From a virus, in IMG/VR virus record IMGVR_UViG_3300001097_000003, positions 1 through 64,000 of that record: a DNA stretch of 64,000 bases, one strand, 5' to 3'. Below are positions 10,021 through 19,341 of the stretch, piece by piece. A model generated the notes under the pieces. It was given only the letters and a program-made list of their open reading frames with translations, made no database searches and had not been told where the DNA came from. Position 1 is the stretch's first letter; each line of letters starts with the position of its first letter. Made by a program: the position numbers and the translations under genes.

Positions 10021-10554
10021 ATGGCAACATTTACACAAGGATTTATACCTTCTACATCAGATGATGGTAATGATTTAATAATTACAGATAGTTCTGTATA
10101 TACAGCAATATTACCTAAATCAGTATTTTCATCTAGATCTATCACTGTTGTTAAAACTAATGGTGTTAGTATAACTTATAATTTTCCATTTACAGGAACA
10201 TCAAATAATATTCAAGACGAATTAATTATTGCAAATTTCTTTGACAAAGATTATTATTTAATAATTACTCTTAATTGGATATTTAATAATGAAGGTACAG
10301 CTGACACATCTACTAAAACTTTAGATTATTTATCAAATTATTTTAGTTTAACACAATTTGTAGAAATAGTAGATCAAATAGAATCTTGTGATAAAGATAA
10401 TGAATATCAAGAAGATTACTTAACTAGAGCTACATCATTTAATAATTATATGGAAGATGCTATATTGTGGGCTAAGTTTGGTAATGCTGAAAAATCTCAA
10501 AAATTCTTAGATAAATGTAAAGATATATATGATGTATTTAACAATTCTAATTAA
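10021..10554 (+). CDS. hypothetical virion-module protein
   Basis: 177-aa ORF that starts a new transcription unit after the terminator and promoter. Confidence 0.55.
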   Translation: MATFTQGFIPSTSDDGNDLIITDSSVYTAILPKSVFSSRSITVVKTNGVSITYNFPFTGTSNNIQDELIIANFFDKDYYLIITLNWIFNNEGTADTSTKTLDYLSNYFSLTQFVEIVDQIESCDKDNEYQEDYLTRATSFNNYMEDAILWAKFGNAEKSQKFLDKCKDIYDVFNNSN

Positions 10555-10560
10555 TTATTA

Positions 10561-11193
10561 ATGAGTAATAGATTTTCCCAATTAGATTTATTAAATATAA
10601 TATACCAAACAGAATATTATATTATTACTGAAGATTATGAATATATCTTACAGAATGAATATGGTATAAATAATTATGATGATTATAAACAATCTTTACA
10701 AGCATTAAGATTATTTCTTAAAGCTTTTAAAATTCAATATAATTTAGATTATACAGCAGATACAATTCAAAGTTTGTATGTTAAAATTAAAGAATGTAGT
10801 GGAATTCAATTAGAAACAGTACCTAATGTTAACACTAATTTAATTGTATATTCAGCCTCTACTATTAATCCTCCTTTAATAGGAACTACAATATTAGCAA
10901 CATATACAGAACTATTAGGAAATCTTCCTATTAATTATGATAAAGTAGTTAGTGTAAAAGTATTTAATGATTATTTTTCTTACTTAGCTTTTTCTACTAA
11001 AATATATAAAGCAATTATTACTATATCAAACGGATTAGTAATTAATCATCAGTTATCAACTGAGTTTATTTCTGTACAATTTTATGATAATAATGGTCCT
11101 ATAATGACTAATTATACAATAGTAGATAATAATAATATTATATTATCTTCTTTAATAACAATAACAAATGTTCATATAGTAATACTAGGATAA
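10561..11193 (+). CDS. hypothetical virion-module protein
   Basis: 210-aa ORF immediately upstream of the tail fibre gene. Confidence 0.55.
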   Translation: MSNRFSQLDLLNIIYQTEYYIITEDYEYILQNEYGINNYDDYKQSLQALRLFLKAFKIQYNLDYTADTIQSLYVKIKECSGIQLETVPNVNTNLIVYSASTINPPLIGTTILATYTELLGNLPINYDKVVSVKVFNDYFSYLAFSTKIYKAIITISNGLVINHQLSTEFISVQFYDNNGPIMTNYTIVDNNNIILSSLITITNVHIVILG

Positions 11194-11196
11194 TAA

Positions 11197-14100
11197 ATGA
11201 GTAGTATTAGATTTACAGACGGAATAGAAGTAAATGGTGAAATAAATTTACCTCAATTTACAACTAATAAAGTATTAATTATTGATAGTTTTAAAAATAT
11301 TGATACAAGCAATGTTAATATTACAGAGCTAAGTTATGTATCAGGAGTTACTTCTAGTATTCAAACTCAAATAAATACTAAAGAACCTCTTCTAGGTTTC
11401 ACTCCTTACAACGTAACTAATCCATCAGGATATATTAGTTCTTTTACAGAAACAGACCCAACTGTACCAGCTTATTCTAAAACATTATCGGCTTTTTCTA
11501 TAATTAAAACATCAACTGATGCTTTATATGCATCCATAGGTTCGGGTGTATTATCGTTTAACAGTCGTACAGGAGTTGTTGTACCTGGAAGTTCAGATTA
11601 CAATACTTCTCAAATAGCAGAAGGAAGCAGACTTTATTATACAGACGTACGTAGTGATGCCAGAATAACACTTCAAAAAGGTGCCGCTTTAGGAATAACT
11701 CCATTAGATTCTGGTGCTAAAATAAATACAATATATCTTCCTGATAGTGTACTTGGAAATTTAAAGTATGGAGGAACATATAATGGAACTATTATTATAG
11801 CATCGAGTAGTTTTCCAGAACTACAAGGATTAAATCTCCCTACAACTGGTTATCTTGGAGTTTACTTTATAACTACAACAGCCTTTACTAGATCGTCTAT
11901 TGATTATTCAGTAGGTGATTGGGTAATTCATAATGGAAGTAATAGTTATTCTAAAGTAGATAATTCAGATGCAGTCTTTACAGTATTTGGAAGATTAGGA
12001 AATATATTAGCTATACAGGCAGATTATTCAGCTTTCTATCCTACGTTAGATGGAACTTACAATAATCCTTCTTGGATAAATCAACTTACTTGGAGTAAAA
12101 TAACTAATACTCCGACAACTTTATTAGGGTATGGTATTACGGACGCTCAACCAACTTTATCAGGAACGGGTTTAGTTAAATCTACAACAGGTACCATATC
12201 ATATATAACAGATAACTCTACTAATTGGAATACAGCATTTAGTCAAACAAGACAATGGGACGGTGGAAGTACTAGCTTGATTGCTGCAACTGGTAGAACT
12301 TCATTAGGAGGGAGTACAGTAGGACAGAACCTATTTACACTTACCAATCCATCAGCTATAACTTTTATTAGATTAAATGCTGACAATAGTGTATCTACTC
12401 TTGATGCAGCAGCTTTTAGAACAGCTATAGGAGCAGGTACAAGTTCTACAGTAGGCACTGTTACTTCTGTAGCTATGTCTGTACCGACTGGTCTTACTAT
12501 TTCAGGTTCTCCGATAACAACATCTGGTACATTAGCATTAACATTGACAGCAGGTTACAGCATTCCTACAACAGCTATTCAAGCAAACTGGAATACAGCT
12601 TTTGGTTGGGGAAACCATGCTGGATTATATCCAACTTATGTAGGAACAGGAGCAACTGGAACTTGGGGCATAAGTATTACAGGCAACGCTGCAACAGTTA
12701 CCACCAACGCAAACTTAACCGGCGAGGTTACTTCAGTAGGAAATGCAGCAACTGTTCCAAACGCAACGGTTATCGGGAAAGTATTGACCGGATATGTATC
12801 AGGAGCAGGTACGATTTCTGCAACAGATAATATCTTACAAGCTATTCAAAAGCTGAACGGAAATAATGCAACTAACGCTAATCTAACCGGCCCTATAACA
12901 AGTGCAGGCAATGTTACCAGTGTGGCATCTCAAACAGGAACAGGAAGTACCTTTGTAATGAATACTTCACCTACATTGGTTACTCCTAATATCGGAAATG
13001 CAACAGGTGGGACATTAGGGTTATCGGGAGCATTAACCGGAACAACAGGAGCGTTTAGTGGATCAGTAACTACATCATCCATAATTACATCAGGAGCAAC
13101 GCCATTGTTATTCAGACCAAATGGAGTAACTAGAATGACAATAGGTACAGATGGAGATCCTATTACTTTAGCTGCTCCCCTAACAGGAACATCTGCTACT
13201 TTTAGTGATGAAGTCCCATTAAATACCAATAACCCAAGTACTGCAAGAAAATATATCAGGATCGCTAATACTGGCAGCATCTCTTATTTCGGCGCAGAAA
13301 ATTCTACGGGAAGTAGCATAATTACAGGAGCCCCCGCTTACAGTACTATAATAGGGTCAGCCTCAAATACTCCTTTAATTTTGGCGACTAATGATGCTGT
13401 AAGATATTTAATATCAGGCGCAGGTAACCACGACTTCAAAACAGGCACAGTAACGTTTGGCGGTGCTTTATCAGGAACATCTGCTACGTTTAGTGGTAGA
13501 GTAACTATCAACGGAGCAACAGATAACGCTTCTTATCCACTTCAAGTAAAAGGGAATTTATCTTCAATAGATGCTAATAATCAAAACACTGTATTTTTGT
13601 CAGCAAGCCCTTCAGCTTCATACTTAGCAACATCATGGATAGGTGGTGGCAGTGCTGTTCCTTTGCATATTCAGAATAACGGTATCAATGCAATTACCAT
13701 AAGCACAGCAGGAGCGACAACACTTACAGGATCCCTAACAGGAACATCTGCTACGTTTAGTAATGTTAGAGCATCTAACACTAGTATAGGATCTGTTATG
13801 GGTAAAAATAGTATGTTTCTTGGGTCTAATGATGGATATACCGCTACAGCTTATTTTGGAATCCATGCAAGTCCTACTGGTTATGCTAATGATTTTGCTA
13901 TAACAGGATCAGCTGACTCTAGTACTCTACGATTTTTACATATAGGTTATAATTCAGGAGACAATCCTAGCAATACATTTTTCTCACACTTTTCTATTAA
14001 TACCTACAACGGATCATTTAAATCATCAAGTTTAGCAGGTACAGGTACAAGAATGGTGGTAGCTGACAGTGCAGGAGCTGTATCTACTCAAGCTATCCCA

Positions 14101-15420
14101 TCAGGAGGTGGTGGTGGAACAGTAGTATCGGTAGGAGTTGCTTCTGCTAATGGCTTTGCAGGTACAAGTTCAGGAGGTACAAATCCTGCACTGACTTTAA
14201 GTACTACTGTCACTGGAATACTATACGGAAATGGAACTTCTGTAGCTACTGCCGTAGCCGGTAACTTCCCTACGTTAAATCAAAGTACCACAGGTAATGC
14301 CGGAACAGCAACAAATGTGGCCTATTCAGGATTAACCGGAACGGTTCCTACCTGGAATCAGAATACTACAGGGACGGCGCAATGGGACAGCTATGACGGC
14401 AATTCGTTTACCGGAACGGGTCTTTATGTTCCGCTTTTTAATGGCACCAAATATCAGCCAGCAAGTTGGACACAAGTCGGTACCTTTTTAGGCTTAGGCT
14501 CCAATGCTTATACTTCAACAGCCTATTACCCAAATTCTAATCCGTCTGGATACATTACATCAGCTTCTCTTTCAAGTTATTTACTATTAACAGGTGGAAC
14601 GCTTAGCGGAGCCTTAACAGGAACATCTGCTACGTTTAGTGGAATTATAGTTAATAGCCATCCCACTTCTGCTGAATTTAAATCTTCAAACAATAACGCG
14701 GCAGCTTATTACGGCAATAATACAGGCGGTGCGTACCTTCAAATATATGGCAGTACCCATGCGAGCTCTAATAAAATAGATGTGGCCGCCGCAGGTGGTA
14801 TTAATCTTCTGAATACCCTAACAGGAACATCTATTAATTTAACAAATAGCCTTGCCTATACCAATACAAATGTTGTAGAAGCCGGTTTTCAAGCAAGCTA
14901 CACAGGAACAGGAGCCTTAAATGTTAAGTGGTCTGCGTATAATAACACATCTGATTGGTATGACCAAACAAATAGCCGAGCTATACTTAGGTACACCGCC
15001 TCTACAAATAACTTGTTTACAAATTCAAGTATAAACGGAACATCTGCTTCTTTCAGTGGTAATGTTTCATCAAGCGGCAGTATTACGAATTACGGATATA
15101 ATTCAGCCGGAAACCTTGCAGCCGCCTTCCAGAATGTCAGTTCTACGGGTTACGGAGTTGGAATACGTGGAGGTAATGCCAGTCTATATGCTTTGCAAGT
15201 AAGCAACTACGATGGGGGTACTGTCGCATTAAATGTACTAGGGAATGGAGATGTTACAGTTGGAAATGCTTTAATAACAAGTGCTCCGAGTGGAGGCTAT
15301 GCTAAGCCAATGAAATTCGGAGATGTGGTAGCTGGAGTTGGCTCAGGAACTAATAGTGTACAAAGGGTTTCAATAGATGGGGTTGTATATTACATGAATG
15401 TCTGGAGCAGTTATGTTTAA
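11197..15420 (+). CDS. tail fibre / receptor-binding protein with repeated modules
   Basis: 1407 aa, rich in Gly, Thr, Ser, Ala and Asn. It contains the fibre-type motif VLTGYVSGAGTISATDNILQAIQKLNGN and the motif (L/I)xGTSA(T/S)FSx repeated at least 5 times. Codon usage changes from about 12600 onward. Confidence 0.8.
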   Translation: MSSIRFTDGIEVNGEINLPQFTTNKVLIIDSFKNIDTSNVNITELSYVSGVTSSIQTQINTKEPLLGFTPYNVTNPSGYISSFTETDPTVPAYSKTLSAFSIIKTSTDALYASIGSGVLSFNSRTGVVVPGSSDYNTSQIAEGSRLYYTDVRSDARITLQKGAALGITPLDSGAKINTIYLPDSVLGNLKYGGTYNGTIIIASSSFPELQGLNLPTTGYLGVYFITTTAFTRSSIDYSVGDWVIHNGSNSYSKVDNSDAVFTVFGRLGNILAIQADYSAFYPTLDGTYNNPSWINQLTWSKITNTPTTLLGYGITDAQPTLSGTGLVKSTTGTISYITDNSTNWNTAFSQTRQWDGGSTSLIAATGRTSLGGSTVGQNLFTLTNPSAITFIRLNADNSVSTLDAAAFRTAIGAGTSSTVGTVTSVAMSVPTGLTISGSPITTSGTLALTLTAGYSIPTTAIQANWNTAFGWGNHAGLYPTYVGTGATGTWGISITGNAATVTTNANLTGEVTSVGNAATVPNATVIGKVLTGYVSGAGTISATDNILQAIQKLNGNNATNANLTGPITSAGNVTSVASQTGTGSTFVMNTSPTLVTPNIGNATGGTLGLSGALTGTTGAFSGSVTTSSIITSGATPLLFRPNGVTRMTIGTDGDPITLAAPLTGTSATFSDEVPLNTNNPSTARKYIRIANTGSISYFGAENSTGSSIITGAPAYSTIIGSASNTPLILATNDAVRYLISGAGNHDFKTGTVTFGGALSGTSATFSGRVTINGATDNASYPLQVKGNLSSIDANNQNTVFLSASPSASYLATSWIGGGSAVPLHIQNNGINAITISTAGATTLTGSLTGTSATFSNVRASNTSIGSVMGKNSMFLGSNDGYTATAYFGIHASPTGYANDFAITGSADSSTLRFLHIGYNSGDNPSNTFFSHFSINTYNGSFKSSSLAGTGTRMVVADSAGAVSTQAIPSGGGGGTVVSVGVASANGFAGTSSGGTNPALTLSTTVTGILYGNGTSVATAVAGNFPTLNQSTTGNAGTATNVAYSGLTGTVPTWNQNTTGTAQWDSYDGNSFTGTGLYVPLFNGTKYQPASWTQVGTFLGLGSNAYTSTAYYPNSNPSGYITSASLSSYLLLTGGTLSGALTGTSATFSGIIVNSHPTSAEFKSSNNNAAAYYGNNTGGAYLQIYGSTHASSNKIDVAAAGGINLLNTLTGTSINLTNSLAYTNTNVVEAGFQASYTGTGALNVKWSAYNNTSDWYDQTNSRAILRYTASTNNLFTNSSINGTSASFSGNVSSSGSITNYGYNSAGNLAAAFQNVSSTGYGVGIRGGNASLYALQVSNYDGGTVALNVLGNGDVTVGNALITSAPSGGYAKPMKFGDVVAGVGSGTNSVQRVSIDGVVYYMNVWSSYV

Positions 15421-15451
15421 TAAAAATCGAATATTATTTAAAATATAAATA

Positions 15452-16120
15452 ATGCAAAATTTAGATATATCAAAAATAAAATGGTATGGTGCTCAAGATA
15501 AAGAGTATTATAAAATAGAATATCCTAAAAATCAGATTGTATTACACCATACTGCTTCTGGTGGAAATAGTATGAGTGATATTAAATATCTTAATGATCA
15601 AGTAGGTAAAGTACATGTAGCTTTTTGGATTGATCGTGATGGAGTTATTTGGCAAGCTTTTAGTAGTAAATACTATGCTTGTCATCTAGGTACTCCTAGT
15701 TCTACATTTACTAAATTTAAAGTAAATAATAATGTAGACACTCTTCACAAAACATCTATTGCTATAGAACTAGATAGCTGGGGATATTTAACTATTAAAA
15801 ATAATAAATATTATTCTTATACAGGAGAAGAAGTTAAATCAGAAAATGTAGTAATATATCCTAATGGATTTCTAGGTCAAAAATATTATGAAAAATATTA
15901 TCATGAACAATTACATTCATTAGAAAAATTATTATTATATTTGTGTAATACTTATAATATATCAAAAGAATATCAATGTGATATGTGGTCAGTATCTGCG
16001 AATGCATTAAGTGGTAAAAATGGAATATATACCCACATAAGTTATAGAGAAAGTGGGAAATGGGATAATCATCCACAACCAGAACTAATAGAACTATTAG
16101 AAAATTTAGAAAATATATAA
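15452..16120 (+). CDS. N-acetylmuramoyl-L-alanine amidase-like endolysin (amidase_2/PGRP type)
   Basis: 222 aa with IVLHHTASGG, SIAIELDSWG and THISYRESGKWDNHP, which resemble the zinc and substrate motifs of T7-lysozyme-type amidases. It is followed by three small membrane proteins. Confidence 0.65.
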   Translation: MQNLDISKIKWYGAQDKEYYKIEYPKNQIVLHHTASGGNSMSDIKYLNDQVGKVHVAFWIDRDGVIWQAFSSKYYACHLGTPSSTFTKFKVNNNVDTLHKTSIAIELDSWGYLTIKNNKYYSYTGEEVKSENVVIYPNGFLGQKYYEKYYHEQLHSLEKLLLYLCNTYNISKEYQCDMWSVSANALSGKNGIYTHISYRESGKWDNHPQPELIELLENLENI

Positions 16121-16437
16121 TGATTAATATAGATAATCCAGAAGAAAAAGTAAATGCATTAACTAAATTAGCCGATTTAATAGGTAAGAAAACTTTAGTA
16201 ATGTGGTGTATATTAACTACATTTACCACAGGATATTTATTTGTAGATGTTAGAACTATAACACAAGATAGAATTAACGAAATAAAAGAATCTAACGAAA
16301 GATTGGTTGGTGAAATAAAAGGTATTAAAATTATGACAGAACAAAATAAAAAATCAATTAACTCTACTATACCAAAATTAGATACGACTATAAATAATGT
16401 AAATAAAACTTTAGAAAATATTAATAATAATAAATAA
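16120..16437 (+). CDS. membrane protein, holin or i-spanin candidate
   Basis: 105 aa with one hydrophobic helix (LVMWCILTTFTTGYLFV) followed by a charged coiled-coil-like tail. It shares an ATGA overlap with the amidase gene. Confidence 0.45.
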   Translation: MINIDNPEEKVNALTKLADLIGKKTLVMWCILTTFTTGYLFVDVRTITQDRINEIKESNERLVGEIKGIKIMTEQNKKSINSTIPKLDTTINNVNKTLENINNNK

Positions 16438-16676
16438 TGTTAAAACAATTATGTACAGTTCTAATTATTGTACTAGGACTTTCAGGAGCAACAAATAAAG
16501 CTAATCAAGATAATACTCTCAACAAAGAGGAATATATTAATGACAGTCTAACTGTTACATTAAATTCGATTAGTTACAGTAAGAATATTACTGAAATAAA
16601 TAATCAATTAGAAGAGTTAGATAGTTTATTAATAAAAATGGAAGATTATGAAAAATTTGAAAAACAAAATAAATAG
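16437..16676 (+). CDS. small signal-anchor or secreted protein of the lysis cassette
   Basis: 79 aa with an N-terminal hydrophobic segment (LCTVLIIVLGLSGA). Its 3' end overlaps the next ORF by 29 nt. Confidence 0.4.
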   Translation: MLKQLCTVLIIVLGLSGATNKANQDNTLNKEEYINDSLTVTLNSISYSKNITEINNQLEELDSLLIKMEDYEKFEKQNK

Positions 16677-17244
16677 TATATTATTAATTAATTTAATAAT
16701 GATTTTCAGTTTATCTGGATGTGGAGTATTTAATAAAGTATTCAAAAAATCTGATAAAAATAAAGAATCAATAGAAACTATTGTTAATAAAGAAAATAAT
16801 ATTAAAATAGAAGATAGTTCTGTTATTATTATAAAGGATAAAATAGATACTACAGTATATACAAAACCTAAAACTATAGAATCAAATGTTCCTAATATAA
16901 CAAATTTGATAGATATAAAAGACTTATTATTACTAGAAGATAATTTAGTAACAGTAAGACAAACTTATGATACATTAGGTAAAAGTTTGAAAACAATTGT
17001 TCTTTTAAAACCTCAAGAAGTTAAAGTTATTTTAGATAGGATTACAACTATTAAAAAGAATATTAAAACTATTGATAAGTCTAAATTAGATTCATCATAT
17101 AATAAAGATATAGTTAATAAGAGTACTATTAAAACTAAAGAACCAGTTAATATACTTTGGTATGTTTTAGGAGCTATAGGTGTATTAGGTGTAGGATATT
17201 ATATCTTTATTAAAATAAAAAGCTATAAAAATTTGATAAATTAA
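16648..17244 (+). CDS. lipoprotein with C-terminal transmembrane helix (unimolecular-spanin-like architecture)
   Basis: 198 aa with an N-terminal signal plus lipobox (IFSLSGC) and a C-terminal transmembrane segment (WYVLGAIGVLGVGYYIFI). It is the last gene of the lysis cassette. Confidence 0.5.
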   Translation: MKNLKNKINSILLINLIMIFSLSGCGVFNKVFKKSDKNKESIETIVNKENNIKIEDSSVIIIKDKIDTTVYTKPKTIESNVPNITNLIDIKDLLLLEDNLVTVRQTYDTLGKSLKTIVLLKPQEVKVILDRITTIKKNIKTIDKSKLDSSYNKDIVNKSTIKTKEPVNILWYVLGAIGVLGVGYYIFIKIKSYKNLIN

Positions 17245-17263
17245 AAAATAAATAGTAACTTTG
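17232..17263 (+). promoter_or_regulatory. Bacteroidota-type promoter candidate (TTTG-N20-TAACTTTG)
   Basis: TTTG at 17232-17235, a 20-nt spacer, then TAACTTTG at 17256-17263. It lies 33 nt upstream of the ATG at 17297. Confidence 0.5.
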
Positions 17264-17296
17264 TAATTATTAATTAAACAAATAAAAATAAATTTT

Positions 17297-17452
17297 ATGA
17301 AATCAGAAGAAGCATTTAATCTAATTGTAGGTATTGTATCACAATGTAAATTTACTCTACAAGAATCAGATAGTGTAAGACAAGCATTACAAATATTAAA
17401 AGAAGCTGTTGATAGTTCCGCAGTTAAAGAAGTAGCATCAGGTAAAAAATAA
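17297..17452 (+). CDS. small hypothetical protein (51 aa, shorter than any ORF listed in the supplied track)
   Basis: ATG at 17297 and TAA at 17450-17452 (MKSEEAFNLIVGIVSQCKFTLQESDSVRQALQILKEAVDSSAVKEVASGKK). It fills an otherwise non-coding gap, is preceded by a promoter-like site, and ends 2 nt before the next ATG. Confidence 0.45.
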   Translation: MKSEEAFNLIVGIVSQCKFTLQESDSVRQALQILKEAVDSSAVKEVASGKK

Positions 17453-17454
17453 GA

Positions 17455-18126
17455 ATGACTATAAATCAACTTGTATATAATGTAAGAGAACAAATGAAAG
17501 CAGTTTGGTCTGATGATACTAAAATATCAAATAGACAAATTGAATTCATGATTAACTATTTAAGAGAAAAACTTATTGTACAACAATTACAAAAAGGTAG
17601 ATCTATTAGTTCTAACATTAAACAAGATTTAGGTCAGGTATCTATACAAAGAATAGACAAGGCTGCAACAGGTACTATATTAGTAGGTAGAGATATTCTA
17701 AGAACTACTGTTATAGTACCTCAACCTATTGAATTAGATCAACAAGATTTGTTTACTTATATTGGAGGATTAGATAAACAATCTTCTATTCCTTATAAGA
17801 CTAAAGCTACCGCTAGATGGAATAAATATACTAAATATAGTTCTAAAGAATCATTAGCTTATTATAGTAATGGTTACATATATATTACTAATTGTAGTAA
17901 TCCAAGTCTTAGATACATCAATATAGAAGGAGTATTTTTAAATCCAAGAGATGTCCATAATTTTAAAAATCCTAATGGAACACCTTGTTATGATCCTGAT
18001 ATAGATAACTATCCTTTATCTGGACGTATGGTAGATACAATTATGGACTTAATTAAAAATAAAGAATATAATTTATATTTACAATTACCAACAGACGAGA
18101 CTAATAATGCAACAAGTCCGGAATAA
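17455..18126 (+). CDS. hypothetical virion-module protein
   Basis: 223-aa ORF in the tail gene block. Confidence 0.55.
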   Translation: MTINQLVYNVREQMKAVWSDDTKISNRQIEFMINYLREKLIVQQLQKGRSISSNIKQDLGQVSIQRIDKAATGTILVGRDILRTTVIVPQPIELDQQDLFTYIGGLDKQSSIPYKTKATARWNKYTKYSSKESLAYYSNGYIYITNCSNPSLRYINIEGVFLNPRDVHNFKNPNGTPCYDPDIDNYPLSGRMVDTIMDLIKNKEYNLYLQLPTDETNNATSPE

Positions 18127-18128
18127 TT

Positions 18129-18593
18129 ATGGGAGCAATAGGTACTAAGAATAAAATACAGAATGTATTAACATTAAAACATATTTACCAATTTTATATA
18201 AAAGACATTGATAGAAATTCAAAATATTATATCGACTATAGAACTTTCCGTACCGTATGTGAAGAATTTAATAAAGAACTTTCTAAAGAAATATTAGAAG
18301 GTTATTTTTTTACAATGCCTTATAGATTAGGTACGATAAGAATAAAAAAGCGTAAAATAGATATACAAAATTTAAAACCTGATTTTGGATTATATAATAA
18401 AACAGGTTTAAAGAATAAACATTTGAATGAACATTCTGATGGATATTACGGTAGGTTTTATTGGAATAAAAGGATAGCAACAATAGTTAAAAATAGATCC
18501 ATATATTCCTTTATACCTACAAGAGATAATAAGAGATCTATTTCTAGATTAACAAAAGCAGACTCTACCCATATAAATAAATACTTTGAATAA
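18129..18593 (+). CDS. hypothetical basic protein
   Basis: 154 aa, rich in Lys and Arg (GTIRIKKRKIDIQNLK). It shares an ATGA overlap with the next ORF. Confidence 0.5.
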   Translation: MGAIGTKNKIQNVLTLKHIYQFYIKDIDRNSKYYIDYRTFRTVCEEFNKELSKEILEGYFFTMPYRLGTIRIKKRKIDIQNLKPDFGLYNKTGLKNKHLNEHSDGYYGRFYWNKRIATIVKNRSIYSFIPTRDNKRSISRLTKADSTHINKYFE

Positions 18594-19339
18594 TGAGTAT
18601 ATCCGGTAATACAGTATCAGTAAAAAATATCATAGCTAAAGTTTATAGAGATTTATCTTTAAAAGATGAAGAAGATTTCATGTCTATGATTGAATGGTCT
18701 GCTGAAGCACTAGATTTTATCCACGTTTATCCTCAATATACTCACGAAACTATTTGTATTCCTATTAATTCTTATAAAACAGAACTTCCTTGTGATTTTA
18801 TTGATGTGGAGTATGTAGAATATAATGGTCATAATTTATTAGAAACTAATAATCCATTTGGTCCTCAAACTACTTTAGGTAATCAAGGAGTTTATTATAC
18901 TCCTTATTCATATAATCAAGCTAAAATACAAAACGCTGTGTTTGTACATCCTGATAATTTATCATATAATAAAAATGGATATTCTGTTAAAATAGAAAAT
19001 GGTTGGTTAAAGACTTCTTTTAAAGAAGGTAAAGTAAATATGATATATATTGCACAACCTATGGATGATGAGGGATACCCATTAGTACCAGACGAACCTT
19101 CTTTTAGAGAAGCTTTATACTGGTATATAACATATAAATATTTATACCCTAAAGTACTTCATGGAGAAATATCAAATCAATTTTATGAGGATGCTTATAA
19201 TAAATGGCAATGGTATTGTAATCAAGCTGGAGCAGAAGCTATTATGCCTAATGCTATGCAGCTTGAGAACTTAAAAAGATCTTTTATCTCTCTAAAACCA
19301 AGAGTAGATTTATTTAACAGTTTTTATAATAGTTTATAA
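18593..19339 (+). CDS. hypothetical virion-module protein
   Basis: 248-aa ORF in the tail gene block. Confidence 0.55.
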   Translation: MSISGNTVSVKNIIAKVYRDLSLKDEEDFMSMIEWSAEALDFIHVYPQYTHETICIPINSYKTELPCDFIDVEYVEYNGHNLLETNNPFGPQTTLGNQGVYYTPYSYNQAKIQNAVFVHPDNLSYNKNGYSVKIENGWLKTSFKEGKVNMIYIAQPMDDEGYPLVPDEPSFREALYWYITYKYLYPKVLHGEISNQFYEDAYNKWQWYCNQAGAEAIMPNAMQLENLKRSFISLKPRVDLFNSFYNSL

Positions 19340-19341
19340 TA

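Noticed and set aside
12243-13280. ORFs 12243-12458 (-), 12606-12830 (+, alternative frame) and 12930-13280 (-), inside the tail fibre gene.
   Set aside because: They arise because the GC-richer, Gly/Thr/Ala-rich segment lacks stop codons in several frames. Their translated products are low-complexity and fully nested in the 1407-aa ORF.
16437-17244. Reading the overlapping 79-aa and 198-aa ORFs as a classical two-component i-spanin/o-spanin pair.
   Set aside because: This is not excluded. However, the lipoprotein itself carries a C-terminal transmembrane helix, which fits the unimolecular type better. It is kept as an alternative in the finding rather than as a separate call.
15861-17493. 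Minus-strand ORFs 15861-16229 and 17185-17493.
   Set aside because: They are antisense to the amidase and lysis genes and to the small 17297-17452 ORF. Their Ile/Leu/Phe/Tyr-rich translations are typical of AT-rich antisense frames.
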